Made by a program: the position numbers and the translations under genes. The notes under the pieces are model-generated. The model was not told the DNA's origin. It saw nothing but the letters and a program-made list of their open reading frames with translations, and searched no databases. Source: an uncultured Pseudomonadota bacterium (GTDB lineage Bacteria > Pseudomonadota > Alphaproteobacteria > Rs-D84 > CASDRH01). From it: DNA of 64,000 nucleotides. Numbering within the stretch: position 1 is the first letter of the stretch; each line of letters begins with the position of its first letter. The DNA lies in contig CASDRH010000038.1 in the NCBI GenBank assembly GCA_949283075.1, forward strand, positions 44,483-108,482, read 5' to 3'. Below are positions 19,717 to 29,096 of this stretch, one piece after another.

Positions 19717-20161
19717 TTTGTAATAATTTTTGTTTTATTTTTAATCCTCCTGCGTATCCTGTTAGTTCTCCTTTTGAACCAATTACTCTATGGCAAGGGA
19801 TTATTATTCCAATTGGATTTTTGTTGTTTGCATTTCCAACTGCTCTGTATGCTTTTTGATTTTTTATTTTTATAGCTATGTCTTTATATGTTCTTGTTTC
19901 TCCATATGGTATTTTTGTTAATTCATTCCAAACTGATTTTTGAAATTCTGTCCCTTTTGGATTTATTTTTATATTAAATGATTTTCTTGCTCCGTTTAGA
20001 TATTCATTTATTTGTTGTATTGTTTGTTTTATTATTTCTGTTTCTTTGTTTATTGCATCTTTTATTATAGCTTTGTTGTTAAATGATATGTGTGTTATTT
20101 CTTTATCATTTGATATTATTTGTATTTTGCCAATGCTTGTTTTGTATATTTTATAATACAT
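19691..20161 (-). CDS. ogt: Methylated-DNA--protein-cysteine methyltransferase
   Basis: The active-site motif IPCHRVIG is present. The protein is 156 aa. Confidence 0.8.
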   Translation of the reverse strand: MYYKIYKTSIGKIQIISNDKEITHISFNNKAIIKDAINKETEIIKQTIQQINEYLNGARKSFNIKINPKGTEFQKSVWNELTKIPYGETRTYKDIAIKIKNQKAYRAVGNANNKNPIGIIIPCHRVIGSKGELTGYAGGLKIKQKLLQIEKQRYDK

Positions 20162-20164
20162 TTC

Positions 20165-20998
20165 TTAATCTTTATATAGGCTTTTTAATAGTTTTATTTC
20201 TTCTGCGTATCCTTCTAATTCATTTGGGGTTTCTAAATAAAATGGTAGGTGTTTTAATTTTGGATGGTTTATTATTTTTGTTATTGCTTCTATTCCTATA
20301 AAGCCTTGTCCTATTTTTTCATGTCTGTCTTTATGGCTTTTGTATGGATTTTTTGTGTCGTTTAGGTGTATAGCGTATAATTTATTTAATCCAATTATTT
20401 TGTCGAATTCGTATAGAGTGTCGTCTAGTTTGTTTATTATATCGTATCCAGCATCGAATATATGGCAAGTGTCCATACATACTCCGATTTTATCTTGGTA
20501 TTTTGTTTGTGATATTATCTGTTGTATTTCTTGAAATGTTTTTCCGATTTCTGATCCTTTGCCAGCCATTGTTTCGAGCAAAACTATTGTTGTTTGTGTC
20601 GGACTTATTATTTGGTTTAGCATATCTGATATATATTTTATTCCGATTTCTTCTCCTTGGCCTGTATGTGAACCTGGATGAAAGTTATAATAATTATTTG
20701 GTATTAGTTCCATTTTTTGTATGTCGTCTGCCATTGTATTTATTGAAAAATTTCTTATTGCTTCGTCTTTTGAACAAGCATTTAATGTGTATGGTGCGTG
20801 GGCAAGTATAGGTCCAAAATTATTTTCTGACTTTATTTTTAAAAATTCTGATATGTCTTTTTCATCTATGTTTTTTGCATTTCCTCCCCTTGGGTTTCTT
20901 GTGAAAAATTGAAATACATTTGCTCCAATTTTAAGTGCGTCATTAATCATTGCTTTGTATCCTTTTGATGCTGATAAATGACAACCTATTTTTAACAT
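20165..20998 (-). CDS. nfo: Endonuclease IV (AP endonuclease family 2)
   Basis: [19 protein letters not shown] and [25 protein letters not shown] are present. The length is 277 aa. Confidence 0.85.
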   Translation of the reverse strand: MLKIGCHLSASKGYKAMINDALKIGANVFQFFTRNPRGGNAKNIDEKDISEFLKIKSENNFGPILAHAPYTLNACSKDEAIRNFSINTMADDIQKMELIPNNYYNFHPGSHTGQGEEIGIKYISDMLNQIISPTQTTIVLLETMAGKGSEIGKTFQEIQQIISQTKYQDKIGVCMDTCHIFDAGYDIINKLDDTLYEFDKIIGLNKLYAIHLNDTKNPYKSHKDRHEKIGQGFIGIEAITKIINHPKLKHLPFYLETPNELEGYAEEIKLLKSLYKD

Positions 20999-21130
20999 AA
21001 TTACTCCTTTTGCTTTTAATTATATTTATTTATAATATATTAAAAAAAATATTAAATGCTATAATTTTTTGACTTGTATCATTTTATTATTTTTGTCAAA
21101 ATAATCTTGTTTTTATTGAAAGGATTTTTT

Positions 21131-21676
21131 ATGCGTTGTCCATTTTGCAATTGTTTAGATACTCAGGTTAAGGATTCTCGTATGGCTGATGATGGTTCAT
21201 ATATTCGTCGTCGTAGGTTTTGTCCTGAATGTGGTTCTAGATTTACAACATTTGAAAGAGTTCAATTGCGTGAAGTTATGGTCATTAAAAGTGATAATGT
21301 TGAAGTCCCTTTTGATAGAGAAAAATTATTAAAATCTGTTCAATTGGCTACTCGTAAGCGTGGTATTGATAATGAAAGAATTGATAAAATTGTTTCTAGT
21401 ATACAAAGGCAAATAGAAACTTCTGGTGAAAGTTCTGTTTCTTCAAAATATATTGGTGATTTAGTTTTAAATGCTTTATTGAATTTAGATATAGTTTCTT
21501 ATATAAGATTTGCTTCTGTATATAAGAATTTTAAGTCTGTAGAAGATTTTAATAAGATTATCAATAATATACATTGCTCCGATGATTCTTGTGTTGTTTT
21601 TGAAGATGATAAAAAAGAGCAAAATAAAAATAAATCTTTTGCTCCTAATAATAAATTAAAAGATAGTCTTTTTTAA
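21131..21676 (+). CDS. nrdR: Transcriptional repressor NrdR (zinc-ribbon plus ATP-cone), with a C-terminal extension
   Basis: MRCPFCNCLDTQVKDSRMADDGSYIRRRRFCPECGSRFTTFERVQ is present. The start at 21131 is chosen rather than the longer ORF from 21074. Confidence 0.85.
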   Translation: MRCPFCNCLDTQVKDSRMADDGSYIRRRRFCPECGSRFTTFERVQLREVMVIKSDNVEVPFDREKLLKSVQLATRKRGIDNERIDKIVSSIQRQIETSGESSVSSKYIGDLVLNALLNLDIVSYIRFASVYKNFKSVEDFNKIINNIHCSDDSCVVFEDDKKEQNKNKSFAPNNKLKDSLF

Positions 21677-21678
21677 TT

Positions 21679-22722
21679 TTATATTTTGACAATTACATAT
21701 TGTCCATTGTCTTGTACTCTGTATCCCTTTTGTTGTAGTGATGATATGATGCTGTTTCTATTTGATTGTATTTTTAATGATACTTGCATCATTTGAGGTG
21801 ATAGAGCTTTTACATTATATGATTTTATGAAGTTTAAGTTTTTTAACATATTTTCAATACTTATAACATCATTTATTGAGCGTATTGTAAATACTGCGAT
21901 TAGTTCAGCTCTATTATCTTTATTGTTTATAATATCTTTTTTATATATGGAATTTGTTATTTCTGATACGGCAGCAGCTATGTTTGAATATGGGTCTGCG
22001 TTGTTATCGAATCTTATTGTATAGTCTTCTGATGTGCCAGTATCAATTTTATTTACTTCTATTCTTGCTGATGAATCTGTTATTTCATATATTTTTGCTG
22101 TTATCACATTGTTTGCAGCATATGAGTTTGTTAGATTCATTAATTTTTCTGAATTTTCTTCGAAAGCTAAATTCATTGCTCCTGTTGAATTATTTGTGAT
22201 TGTTTGTATAGGTATTATGTTTGTTTTATCATTTCTGATATATGTGTTTATTGATTGAGCAATTGATGGGCTTTGATTTGATAAACCTCCTGATTGAGCA
22301 TCAATTACATATGGTATTAATAATGTATTTGATGGAGAATCTGTTATAAATTTAATTCCTTTGTTTGATAGGTATGAACCCAAGTTAGATACGCTGAAAT
22401 TAAAATTTATACTTGCTTTATATTTTGTTGCTGATGATTGCTCTTTGTTTATTTCCATACTTGATATAAAAGAATCTAGAGTCTTTAATTCTATACTTTC
22501 ATTTGATACAGAATCGTAATCTCTGCTTGTAAGAATCTTTTTTAATACTGTGTTATATGCAATCTTTTTTGCTTCATTTATTCCTTGTTTTTTAGCTTCT
22601 GATGAAGATGCTCCGTCTTGTTCAATTGTTATGTCTTGAACAGAGAATAAATTATTTGCAAATGTTGAATCTATTAAGCTGATTAATATTAATAGTATTA
22701 AAAATATTTTATTTGTTTTCAT
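21679..22722 (-). CDS. Hypothetical secreted protein
   Basis: A signal peptide is present and the composition is Ser/Asn-rich. No motif was recognised. Confidence 0.35.
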   Translation of the reverse strand: MKTNKIFLILLILISLIDSTFANNLFSVQDITIEQDGASSSEAKKQGINEAKKIAYNTVLKKILTSRDYDSVSNESIELKTLDSFISSMEINKEQSSATKYKASINFNFSVSNLGSYLSNKGIKFITDSPSNTLLIPYVIDAQSGGLSNQSPSIAQSINTYIRNDKTNIIPIQTITNNSTGAMNLAFEENSEKLMNLTNSYAANNVITAKIYEITDSSARIEVNKIDTGTSEDYTIRFDNNADPYSNIAAAVSEITNSIYKKDIINNKDNRAELIAVFTIRSINDVISIENMLKNLNFIKSYNVKALSPQMMQVSLKIQSNRNSIISSLQQKGYRVQDNGQYVIVKI

Positions 22723-22739
22723 TTTATTTCTCCCAGTTT

Positions 22740-23330
22740 TTATTTAGATTTCTTTTCCTCATTTGCTATTAATTCAAATAATTTGTTTGCAACCATTTTT
22801 GATGCTATGTTTGATATATCTGGTGAAAATTGTTTTATAACTCTTGTTTTATTATTTAATTCCATTCCTTTTTCAAGCTCTGTCTTAATTGTGTTTTGAG
22901 TCATATCAAATGTTTTGTCTTTCAAATACTCTGTCATTGGAGCTTTTGATTTTGGAGTTGTTAGCAATGATATTGCATCTGAAACAGACATATCATCTAT
23001 TGCTTTAAATATTATAGGTTCAGCAAGAGATATTCCTTTGTCTGCAATTTCGTTTAAATTTGTTTGTAAATCGTCAAGATTTATTACTATTCCAAATGTT
23101 GATTTTAATGCTGTTAATGCTTTATTTATGTCATTTGATGATAAGTTTATGTTATCACTTGCATTAATAAATTGTTGTTTTCCTTTTTCTACGTAGCTTC
23201 TTAATTTTGTTGATACTTCTTCTTTAGCTTTGCTTTTAAAGAATGCACAAGATGTTATTGTTGTGCTGAATATTGCTAATATTATAAATAAATATACGCT
23301 GTTTAGTTTTAATATATTTTTTAATTGCAT
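22740..23330 (-). CDS. Hypothetical lipoprotein
   Basis: The signal peptide ends in the lipobox-like ITSC. Confidence 0.35.
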   Translation of the reverse strand: MQLKNILKLNSVYLFIILAIFSTTITSCAFFKSKAKEEVSTKLRSYVEKGKQQFINASDNINLSSNDINKALTALKSTFGIVINLDDLQTNLNEIADKGISLAEPIIFKAIDDMSVSDAISLLTTPKSKAPMTEYLKDKTFDMTQNTIKTELEKGMELNNKTRVIKQFSPDISNIASKMVANKLFELIANEEKKSK

Positions 23331-23353
23331 TTTATCTTACCTTTCCTTTGTTT

Positions 23354-25054
23354 TTACATTTCTTTAACTGTTTTCATTCCTAATAAATAGCATAATAATT
23401 CCATTATTTGTTTTGTTAATAATGATATTGGCTCTTTACTTCCGGAAATTATTTCATTTGCATAAAAAGAATTGAATTTTTGTGCAATTTCAAATAAGTA
23501 TTCGCAAATTATATGAGGCTTTTTTAAATCATATGCTCTGTCTATTATATCTGGTAGCTTTACTAATGATAATTGTAAGTCTCTTTCGTATTTGCTTTCT
23601 GGAATTTGTATTTCCTTTTTTTCTAAATCTTCTTCTTTTATGTTATTTTTTTGTAATATTGAATTTATTCTTACTATTGAATATAGAATATATGCTCCTG
23701 TTTTTCCTTCTGAAGCAACAGCTTTTTCCATATTGAATATATAATTTTGTGTTCTGTCGTTCATTAAATCTGCAAATTTTAATGATGATATTCCTATTAT
23801 GGTTCCAATTTCTTTTTTATCTTTTTCTGATATATTTCTATCTTTTAATTTTTCGATTCCTTTTGAAATTGCCTCATTTATGGCTTCGTTTAATGTTATT
23901 GCTGTGCCATCTCTGCTTTTTAATGGTTTACCATCTTCTCCGCATATTGTTCCAAATTTTAGATGCTCTAAATGAGTTTCTGGTTTTACAAGTTTAGTTT
24001 TCCTTACAGCAGCAAATACTTGTTCAAAGTGTAGTGATTGTCTGTCATCAACTACATACAATATTTCATCTGGGTTAAATTTATTCATACGGTCTACTAT
24101 TGTTCCGATATCTGTTGATGCGTACATCAATCCTCCAGATGTTTTTTCCATTATTATTGGTGGTAGCTTTTTACCATCTGTATATTCAGGAGGGAGTTCT
24201 ATTATATATGCTCCGTTATCTAGTATAATTTCTCCTGATTTTTTTAGTTTTTCAATGGTTTCTCTTGTTATTTTATCTGCTGATGCTTCGCCTTCCCATA
24301 GATCGAATCTTGCATCTAATACTTCAATTATTTTCTTTGTGTGTTCTATTGATAAACTTGTAAATTGCTTCCATATTTTTGTTGCTTCTTCTTCCCCGTT
24401 TTGTAAATCATCGGTTGCTTTTAATGCTCTTTTATTGAAGTCTTCATTTTCTTTTGCTTTGTTAGAGGCTGTTGGATATATTTCATTTAAATCTTCTAAT
24501 TTTACTCCTGTTTTATCTAATCCTCTATCTCGAATCTCTTCTATTATTAAACCCATAGGTTTTCCCCAATCGCCAAGATGAACGTCTCCGATTGTTTTAT
24601 CACCTTTTATTTTACATATCCTTACAATTGATTCTCCAATTATAGTTGGCCTTAAATGACCCATATGTAGTTGTTTTCCTATGTTATAGCCGCCGTAATC
24701 TACTATTATTGTTTTGGATTTTTTGTTTTTGTTTATTCTGCTTTCTTTGTTGTGTAAAAGATTATTTGTTGTTTCTGATAAAAATTTATCGCTTAATTTT
24801 AAATTTATAAATCCGTTTCCAGCAACTGATACTTCTGAAAAAGTGTCTTTATCCTTGCTTAACTCTTCCTTTATTTCTTCTGCAATTTTTATTGGAGATT
24901 CTTTTTTTTCTTTTGCTAAACTGAAAGCTATGTTTGATTGGTAATCGCATAAATCTGGTCTGTCGGAAATTCTTATGTATTTTCCGTTTTGATCGGTATT
25001 TATTTTAAGCTTTTTAAATACTGATTTAATTATTTCATTTAGTTGATTTTCCAT
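23354..25054 (-). CDS. argS: Arginine--tRNA ligase
   Basis: The class I HIGH-type motif HMGHLRPTIIGESI and a C-terminal anticodon-binding domain are present. The start at the ATG encoding MENQLNEII has an AAGGG SD. The longer ORF extends to 25105. Confidence 0.9.
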   Translation of the reverse strand: MENQLNEIIKSVFKKLKINTDQNGKYIRISDRPDLCDYQSNIAFSLAKEKKESPIKIAEEIKEELSKDKDTFSEVSVAGNGFINLKLSDKFLSETTNNLLHNKESRINKNKKSKTIIVDYGGYNIGKQLHMGHLRPTIIGESIVRICKIKGDKTIGDVHLGDWGKPMGLIIEEIRDRGLDKTGVKLEDLNEIYPTASNKAKENEDFNKRALKATDDLQNGEEEATKIWKQFTSLSIEHTKKIIEVLDARFDLWEGEASADKITRETIEKLKKSGEIILDNGAYIIELPPEYTDGKKLPPIIMEKTSGGLMYASTDIGTIVDRMNKFNPDEILYVVDDRQSLHFEQVFAAVRKTKLVKPETHLEHLKFGTICGEDGKPLKSRDGTAITLNEAINEAISKGIEKLKDRNISEKDKKEIGTIIGISSLKFADLMNDRTQNYIFNMEKAVASEGKTGAYILYSIVRINSILQKNNIKEEDLEKKEIQIPESKYERDLQLSLVKLPDIIDRAYDLKKPHIICEYLFEIAQKFNSFYANEIISGSKEPISLLTKQIMELLCYLLGMKTVKEM

Positions 25055-25161
25055 TTTTGATTTACCCTTCTTATGCTTTCGTATTTTAGATATTAGAAAA
25101 TACATAAAAAAAAAGCAAGGTATTTCCTTACTTTTATTCAGACTTAATTTTACTTTTTTAA

Positions 25162-26079
25162 TTAAGCCTGAGTTATCCTTTTACGAGAGCTGTTTTCAAT
25201 GAATTGTAGTATTTCATTTGGCTTTGCGTATTTTTCGTATTCTTTTTTTACTCTTTCAAGTCTTATTTTGAATGTATCTTTTTTAGATACAAATAAATCT
25301 TTATAGAAATTTTTTAGTATTCTGATTTCTTCTTCTGATACTCCAGCTCTTTTTAAACCTACTAAATTTAAACCTCTTAATCTGAATGGGTCATATCCAT
25401 CACCAATACAATATGGGACTACGTCGGAATCTACTCCTGACATTCCTCCGATGAATGCACCTTTTCCAATTGTGCAGAATTGAGCAACTGATGCATCCCC
25501 GCTTATTATAGCATTATCGTGAATATATGCCTCGCCAGAGAATTTTGAATAAGCAGAAGCAACTATATTATTTCCGAATATACAATCGTGACCAACATGA
25601 ACATATTGTAAAAATACGCAGTTGTCTCCTATTACTGTTCCTTTATCCATATATTTTTCATCAATTTTTGGGCCGTTTGATGTTAATCCTGTTTCATAGA
25701 ATCGTTTTGGAGTTCCTAATGTTATTGTGCAAGCTTCTCTGATTACGCAATTTTTACCTATTTCTAATGGCATTGATTCTTTTGTTCTGTAATACTTTAA
25801 ATCGTTGTGCATTTCTCCAATAACTGCAAATGGGTATATTTCTGTTCCTTCTCCGATTGTTGTTTGTCCTGTTACAACTACGTGAGATTTTAATACAACA
25901 TTCTTTTTTAAAACTACATCTTTTCCAACTGTGCAGTATGGTCCAATTTTTACACCTTCTTCTATTACTGCGCCTTCTTCAATTATTGCAGTTGGGTGAA
26001 TATTTGTGTTTACTGATGACATATCATCGTCAATTACTGGATACATTTTCATTTTTGTTTTTAGATTTTCTATTGCCAT
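25162..26079 (-). CDS. lpxA: UDP-N-acetylglucosamine O-acyltransferase
   Basis: Hexapeptide repeats are present throughout, with an LpxA-like N-terminus (IHPTAIIEEGAVIEEGVKIGPYCTVG). The true start may be an internal Met. Confidence 0.75.
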   Translation of the reverse strand: MAIENLKTKMKMYPVIDDDMSSVNTNIHPTAIIEEGAVIEEGVKIGPYCTVGKDVVLKKNVVLKSHVVVTGQTTIGEGTEIYPFAVIGEMHNDLKYYRTKESMPLEIGKNCVIREACTITLGTPKRFYETGLTSNGPKIDEKYMDKGTVIGDNCVFLQYVHVGHDCIFGNNIVASAYSKFSGEAYIHDNAIISGDASVAQFCTIGKGAFIGGMSGVDSDVVPYCIGDGYDPFRLRGLNLVGLKRAGVSEEEIRILKNFYKDLFVSKKDTFKIRLERVKKEYEKYAKPNEILQFIENSSRKRITQA

Positions 26080-26179
26080 ATTTTTTTCTTAATCCTTTTG
26101 AAAAATTTTATTTCTTAAAGAGAATATATATAGAATCTGGAAAAATGTGTAATAAAAATATGTTTCAAAATATTACATA

Positions 26180-26433
26180 TTGCAAAAGGTATAAAAAATT
26201 TTATAATACGGATTGGGTTATTTGATATGACCTGAGGTTTGATAGCCTCCATACGAAGTGCCGGCCAGCGCAATGCTGGAAGGTGGTAAAATAAATCATT
26301 AACACAGATTTTTATCTGTGCTCTTGGTGGTGAATATACCACACTATCTCTTCGTATAGCTATCAACTTCCAGTCTGTGAACTGAAAGATGGTTCATTGA
26401 TTCGTTTAATAAAAAACAAGGAAGGAAAGAGCT
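26180..26433 (+). promoter_or_regulatory. Sigma70 promoter (TTGCAA 26180-26185, 16 nt, TATAAT 26202-26207) plus conserved ~220-nt structured 5' leader (copy A) of the cysteine-rich protein cassette
   Basis: The promoter and leader are conserved in all four leader copies in the window. The leader contains CCAGC-loop-GCTGG, GCTGGAAGGTGGTAAAATAA, a variable hairpin, GGTGGTGAATATACCACACTATCT, and AACTTCCAGC, which is complementary to GCTGGAAG. Confidence 0.6.
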
Positions 26434-26979
26434 ATGGAAAATAAGAAAAATAGAAAAGTAAAATTATTTTTATTAGAAATGATTGTTTTAGGAGTTTTTA
26501 ATTTTGTTGGAATAGAGCATGTATTTGCTCAAGATAAAAAAGAAACGCATATAACTATAAAAAAAGGATTAAATGATGAATTCCTTATTTTAAGTGGTAA
26601 TGGTCCAGATGTGGAAGTTTATGAATGCGTTGAAAAGGTATGTGTTGAGACTCAATATTGGTGTGACCCTGGTGTTATTAATTATACTTTAAAAGTTGAT
26701 AGTAGAGTTTGTGGAAATGGAGGAAAAGGAGATCATCCTCAACATGTAAATCTATATCCTGAGGATAATTGTCAGGCTAAAAAAGCGGTACATGTTTTTT
26801 GGAATTATAAAAAAGCTGATTGTGATTGGACAGATGAAGTATTTGGATCTCCGGATTATAAGAAATCGAAATGTTCTAAATATAAGTGCATAGCTTGGAA
26901 AGCTCCAGCAGATAAAGTTTTATCTTTGATGCCTCTTATTGGACAAGCAATGATTGATGTAAATTTAATTGAATATTAG
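26434..26979 (+). CDS. Cysteine-rich secreted protein, LIEY-tail family member 1
   Basis: A signal peptide is followed by about 12 Cys. The C-terminal tail is KAPADKVLSLMPLIGQAMIDVNLIEY. It is a paralog of 37172-37714, with N and C termini nearly identical and a divergent core. Confidence 0.7.
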   Translation: MENKKNRKVKLFLLEMIVLGVFNFVGIEHVFAQDKKETHITIKKGLNDEFLILSGNGPDVEVYECVEKVCVETQYWCDPGVINYTLKVDSRVCGNGGKGDHPQHVNLYPEDNCQAKKAVHVFWNYKKADCDWTDEVFGSPDYKKSKCSKYKCIAWKAPADKVLSLMPLIGQAMIDVNLIEY

Positions 26980-27064
26980 TAGGTTTACTGGTCGGTTGTT
27001 GTTAAGGTTTTGCTCACCTTTATTTTTAAGGAAGATATTTTTAAAGACTTAATAAACACAATAT

Positions 27065-27130
27065 CAGCTGGAAAGTTTGTAAGTTCATAGCACAACCTCC
27101 TTATTTCCTTTCCAGCTGGCCTTTTATTTA
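27065..27130 (+). terminator. Intrinsic terminator with a perfect 11-bp stem and a conserved loop (family copy A)
   Basis: The stem is CAGCTGGAAAG/CTTTCCAGCTG. The loop is tttgTAAGttcataGCACAACCTCCTTAtttc. A T-run follows. Confidence 0.6.
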
Positions 27131-27167
27131 TCTTAATTTAATCTTTTCTAATTTTCTTAAACACTAC

Positions 27168-27467
27168 TTGCAAAAAAATAAAAAAAATCTATAATACGAA
27201 GCAAGTCATTAAAAATTAATGGCCCGAAGGCGTAGAAACCTTTATACAGTAGTAGCCGACCAGCGCAATGCTGGAAGGTGATAAAATAAAAACCAACGTC
27301 TTTGAAAGTGCATTTTTTGCATTTTTATAGGTATCGGGTAATATATCACGCTATCTTCTACTGTATAGTTTCTAACTTCCAGCTGTGAAGTTAAGAAAAG
27401 TAATTTTTTGTTTTTGCTTTTTTTGTTTCTCGGCTTTTGTGAATTTTTATAAGGGAAGGAAAAAGCT
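27168..27467 (+). promoter_or_regulatory. Promoter (TTGCAA 27168-27173, 16 nt, TATAAT 27190-27195) plus conserved structured 5' leader (copy B)
   Basis: The CCGACCAGCGCAATGCTGGAAGGTG...AACTTCCAGC architecture is the same as copy A, with a different central hairpin. Confidence 0.6.
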
Positions 27468-28082
27468 ATGGTAAAAAATAAAATGAATAATAAAACAAAA
27501 TTATTTTTATTTGAGGTGTTTGTTTTTAATTTTTTTTCTCTAATTGGAATTGATTTGGCATTTTCTGAAGAATTAAGTACAAAAGCAGTTTTAAAAAGAG
27601 AGGGACAAAATTTAGTTTTATCTGCAAATAATAAAAATTATAAGTTAAGTTGTAAAACTCCAGGTTGTATTGTTTATAAGTGTGCTCAGTATGGATGTAA
27701 GGATGGAAAACATTATATATCTGGGGAAACATCAGGGGTTAATACAAAATTTACTGCTGAATTTTATGGCTGTAATAATGTAGACAATAAGGTTGTTTGC
27801 TCATTTAGGCCAGGAGCTGTTGGTGGGTGTGGGGATCAAGGTACTCATTGGAAAACAATGGAAAATGGAAATTGTTCAACAGAGTCATTTACTTATTTTG
27901 CTGGTCATCCTATTACGTTTTGTAATAATGGATGGATTAGATTTACTGCTACTCCTTTTTGTGTTCGAACTGAATGTATGACACAGGGATGTACAGAATG
28001 GGAAATAAATGGAAAAGATTTCTTAGCATTATTTCCATCAGTTGGTATGGCTACAATAGATCCAAATAATATAGAATTTTAA
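27468..28082 (+). CDS. Cysteine-rich secreted protein, LIEY-tail family member 2
   Basis: A signal peptide and many Cys are present. The C-terminal tail is CTEWEINGKDFLALFPSVGMATIDPNNIEF. Confidence 0.65.
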   Translation: MVKNKMNNKTKLFLFEVFVFNFFSLIGIDLAFSEELSTKAVLKREGQNLVLSANNKNYKLSCKTPGCIVYKCAQYGCKDGKHYISGETSGVNTKFTAEFYGCNNVDNKVVCSFRPGAVGGCGDQGTHWKTMENGNCSTESFTYFAGHPITFCNNGWIRFTATPFCVRTECMTQGCTEWEINGKDFLALFPSVGMATIDPNNIEF

Positions 28083-28096
28083 CTTTGGAGGATGTT

Positions 28097-28852
28097 ATGA
28101 AAAAGTTTATTATATTTAATATAATATTATTGATTGGGTTGTCAGATTTATATTCAAATACATTTAATTATGATTCTGCTGATGGTAAAGATATAATGAC
28201 AGCTATTGGTGGAAAAGGAAAAAAACAGCTTAAATGTAAAAAGATTGGATGTATATCTAATGCTAATGAGAAAATTTGTGGTGGTAGAGTTTTTTTTAAT
28301 AATACTACTATGGATGGAACTTTCTGTGATAGTTATTATGGTTGTGGATATGGAGGAGATAAAAAGTGTAAGGTTAAAATTTATACTTATGTTGATACAG
28401 ATTTACCTTTATCTTTAATGGGGAAGTTAAGTAAAAAGTATAAGAAAATTGAGAAAATAGAGGTTACTGATGAAAATGGTAATCAGATTGATGAATGTAA
28501 AGTAAGAAAGTGTAGCCAAGGTAATTATAATTGCTCTAATAGTGATTATTCTAATAAAGAAAGTATTAGTGAAATTGAAATATTTAGATATGAAGATCAG
28601 TCTTTAGTCTATAACTATTATCCTACAGATGAAATATATAAAGTACATTTAACAACAGGTAATAATTGCTCTGGATATTATGTAGATTATTCTTCTTCTC
28701 CTTCAGAAAGTAGATATATTACTGCAGAAGTAATTGATTCCCCTTGTTCAAAAGAAGGTTGTATTGAATGGGAAACAGATGCTTTGGATATATTAAGTAT
28801 TATGCCAGATATTGGATTGGAGGCGATTAACACATATTTAATTGAATATTAA
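28097..28852 (+). CDS. Cysteine-rich secreted protein, LIEY-tail family member 3, co-transcribed with member 2
   Basis: A GGAGG SD lies 5 nt upstream of the ATG at 28097, and the gene starts 12 nt after the member-2 stop. The C-terminal tail is CIEWETDALDILSIMPDIGLEAINTYLIEY. Confidence 0.65.
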   Translation: MKKFIIFNIILLIGLSDLYSNTFNYDSADGKDIMTAIGGKGKKQLKCKKIGCISNANEKICGGRVFFNNTTMDGTFCDSYYGCGYGGDKKCKVKIYTYVDTDLPLSLMGKLSKKYKKIEKIEVTDENGNQIDECKVRKCSQGNYNCSNSDYSNKESISEIEIFRYEDQSLVYNYYPTDEIYKVHLTTGNNCSGYYVDYSSSPSESRYITAEVIDSPCSKEGCIEWETDALDILSIMPDIGLEAINTYLIEY

Positions 28853-28937
28853 TCAAGTTTACTGGTCGGTTTCGTTTGTGTTGGAAGCTATTACACCTTA
28901 TATAATTTATGAATATATTTTTATTGTTTCTTGATTA

Positions 28938-29003
28938 TCAGATGAGTGAGTTTTTAAGTTCATAGCACAACCTCCTTATTTCTCATTCATCTGACTTTTT
29001 TTA
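28938..29003 (+). terminator. Intrinsic terminator with a 13-bp stem (one G.U wobble) and a conserved loop (family copy B)
   Basis: The stem is TCAGATGAGTGAG/CTCATTCATCTGA. The loop is tttTAAGttcataGCACAACCTCCTTAtttct. A T-run follows. Confidence 0.6.
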
Positions 29004-29096
29004 TTTTCAATTTCTTTAATTAATATTATTTAATTTTTTTATTATTTAATTTATGGTTATTCTTATTTTATTGAAGCTTTTATGATGGATTTGGTT

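Noticed and set aside
26115-26366. 83-aa minus-strand ORF and the 62-aa ORF at 32672-32860, both containing VNDLFYHLPA
   Set aside because: The shared peptide is just the translation of the conserved leader nucleotides (GCTGGAAGGTGGTAAAATAAGTCATTAAC) read on the opposite strand. The ORFs differ in length and frame outside that block. Conservation is at the RNA/DNA level, not the protein level.
27000-27167. Intergenic region between family copies A and B, considered as an sRNA gene
   Set aside because: It is fully accounted for by the copy-A terminator (27065-27130) followed by the copy-B promoter (27168-27195). No additional conserved block is present.
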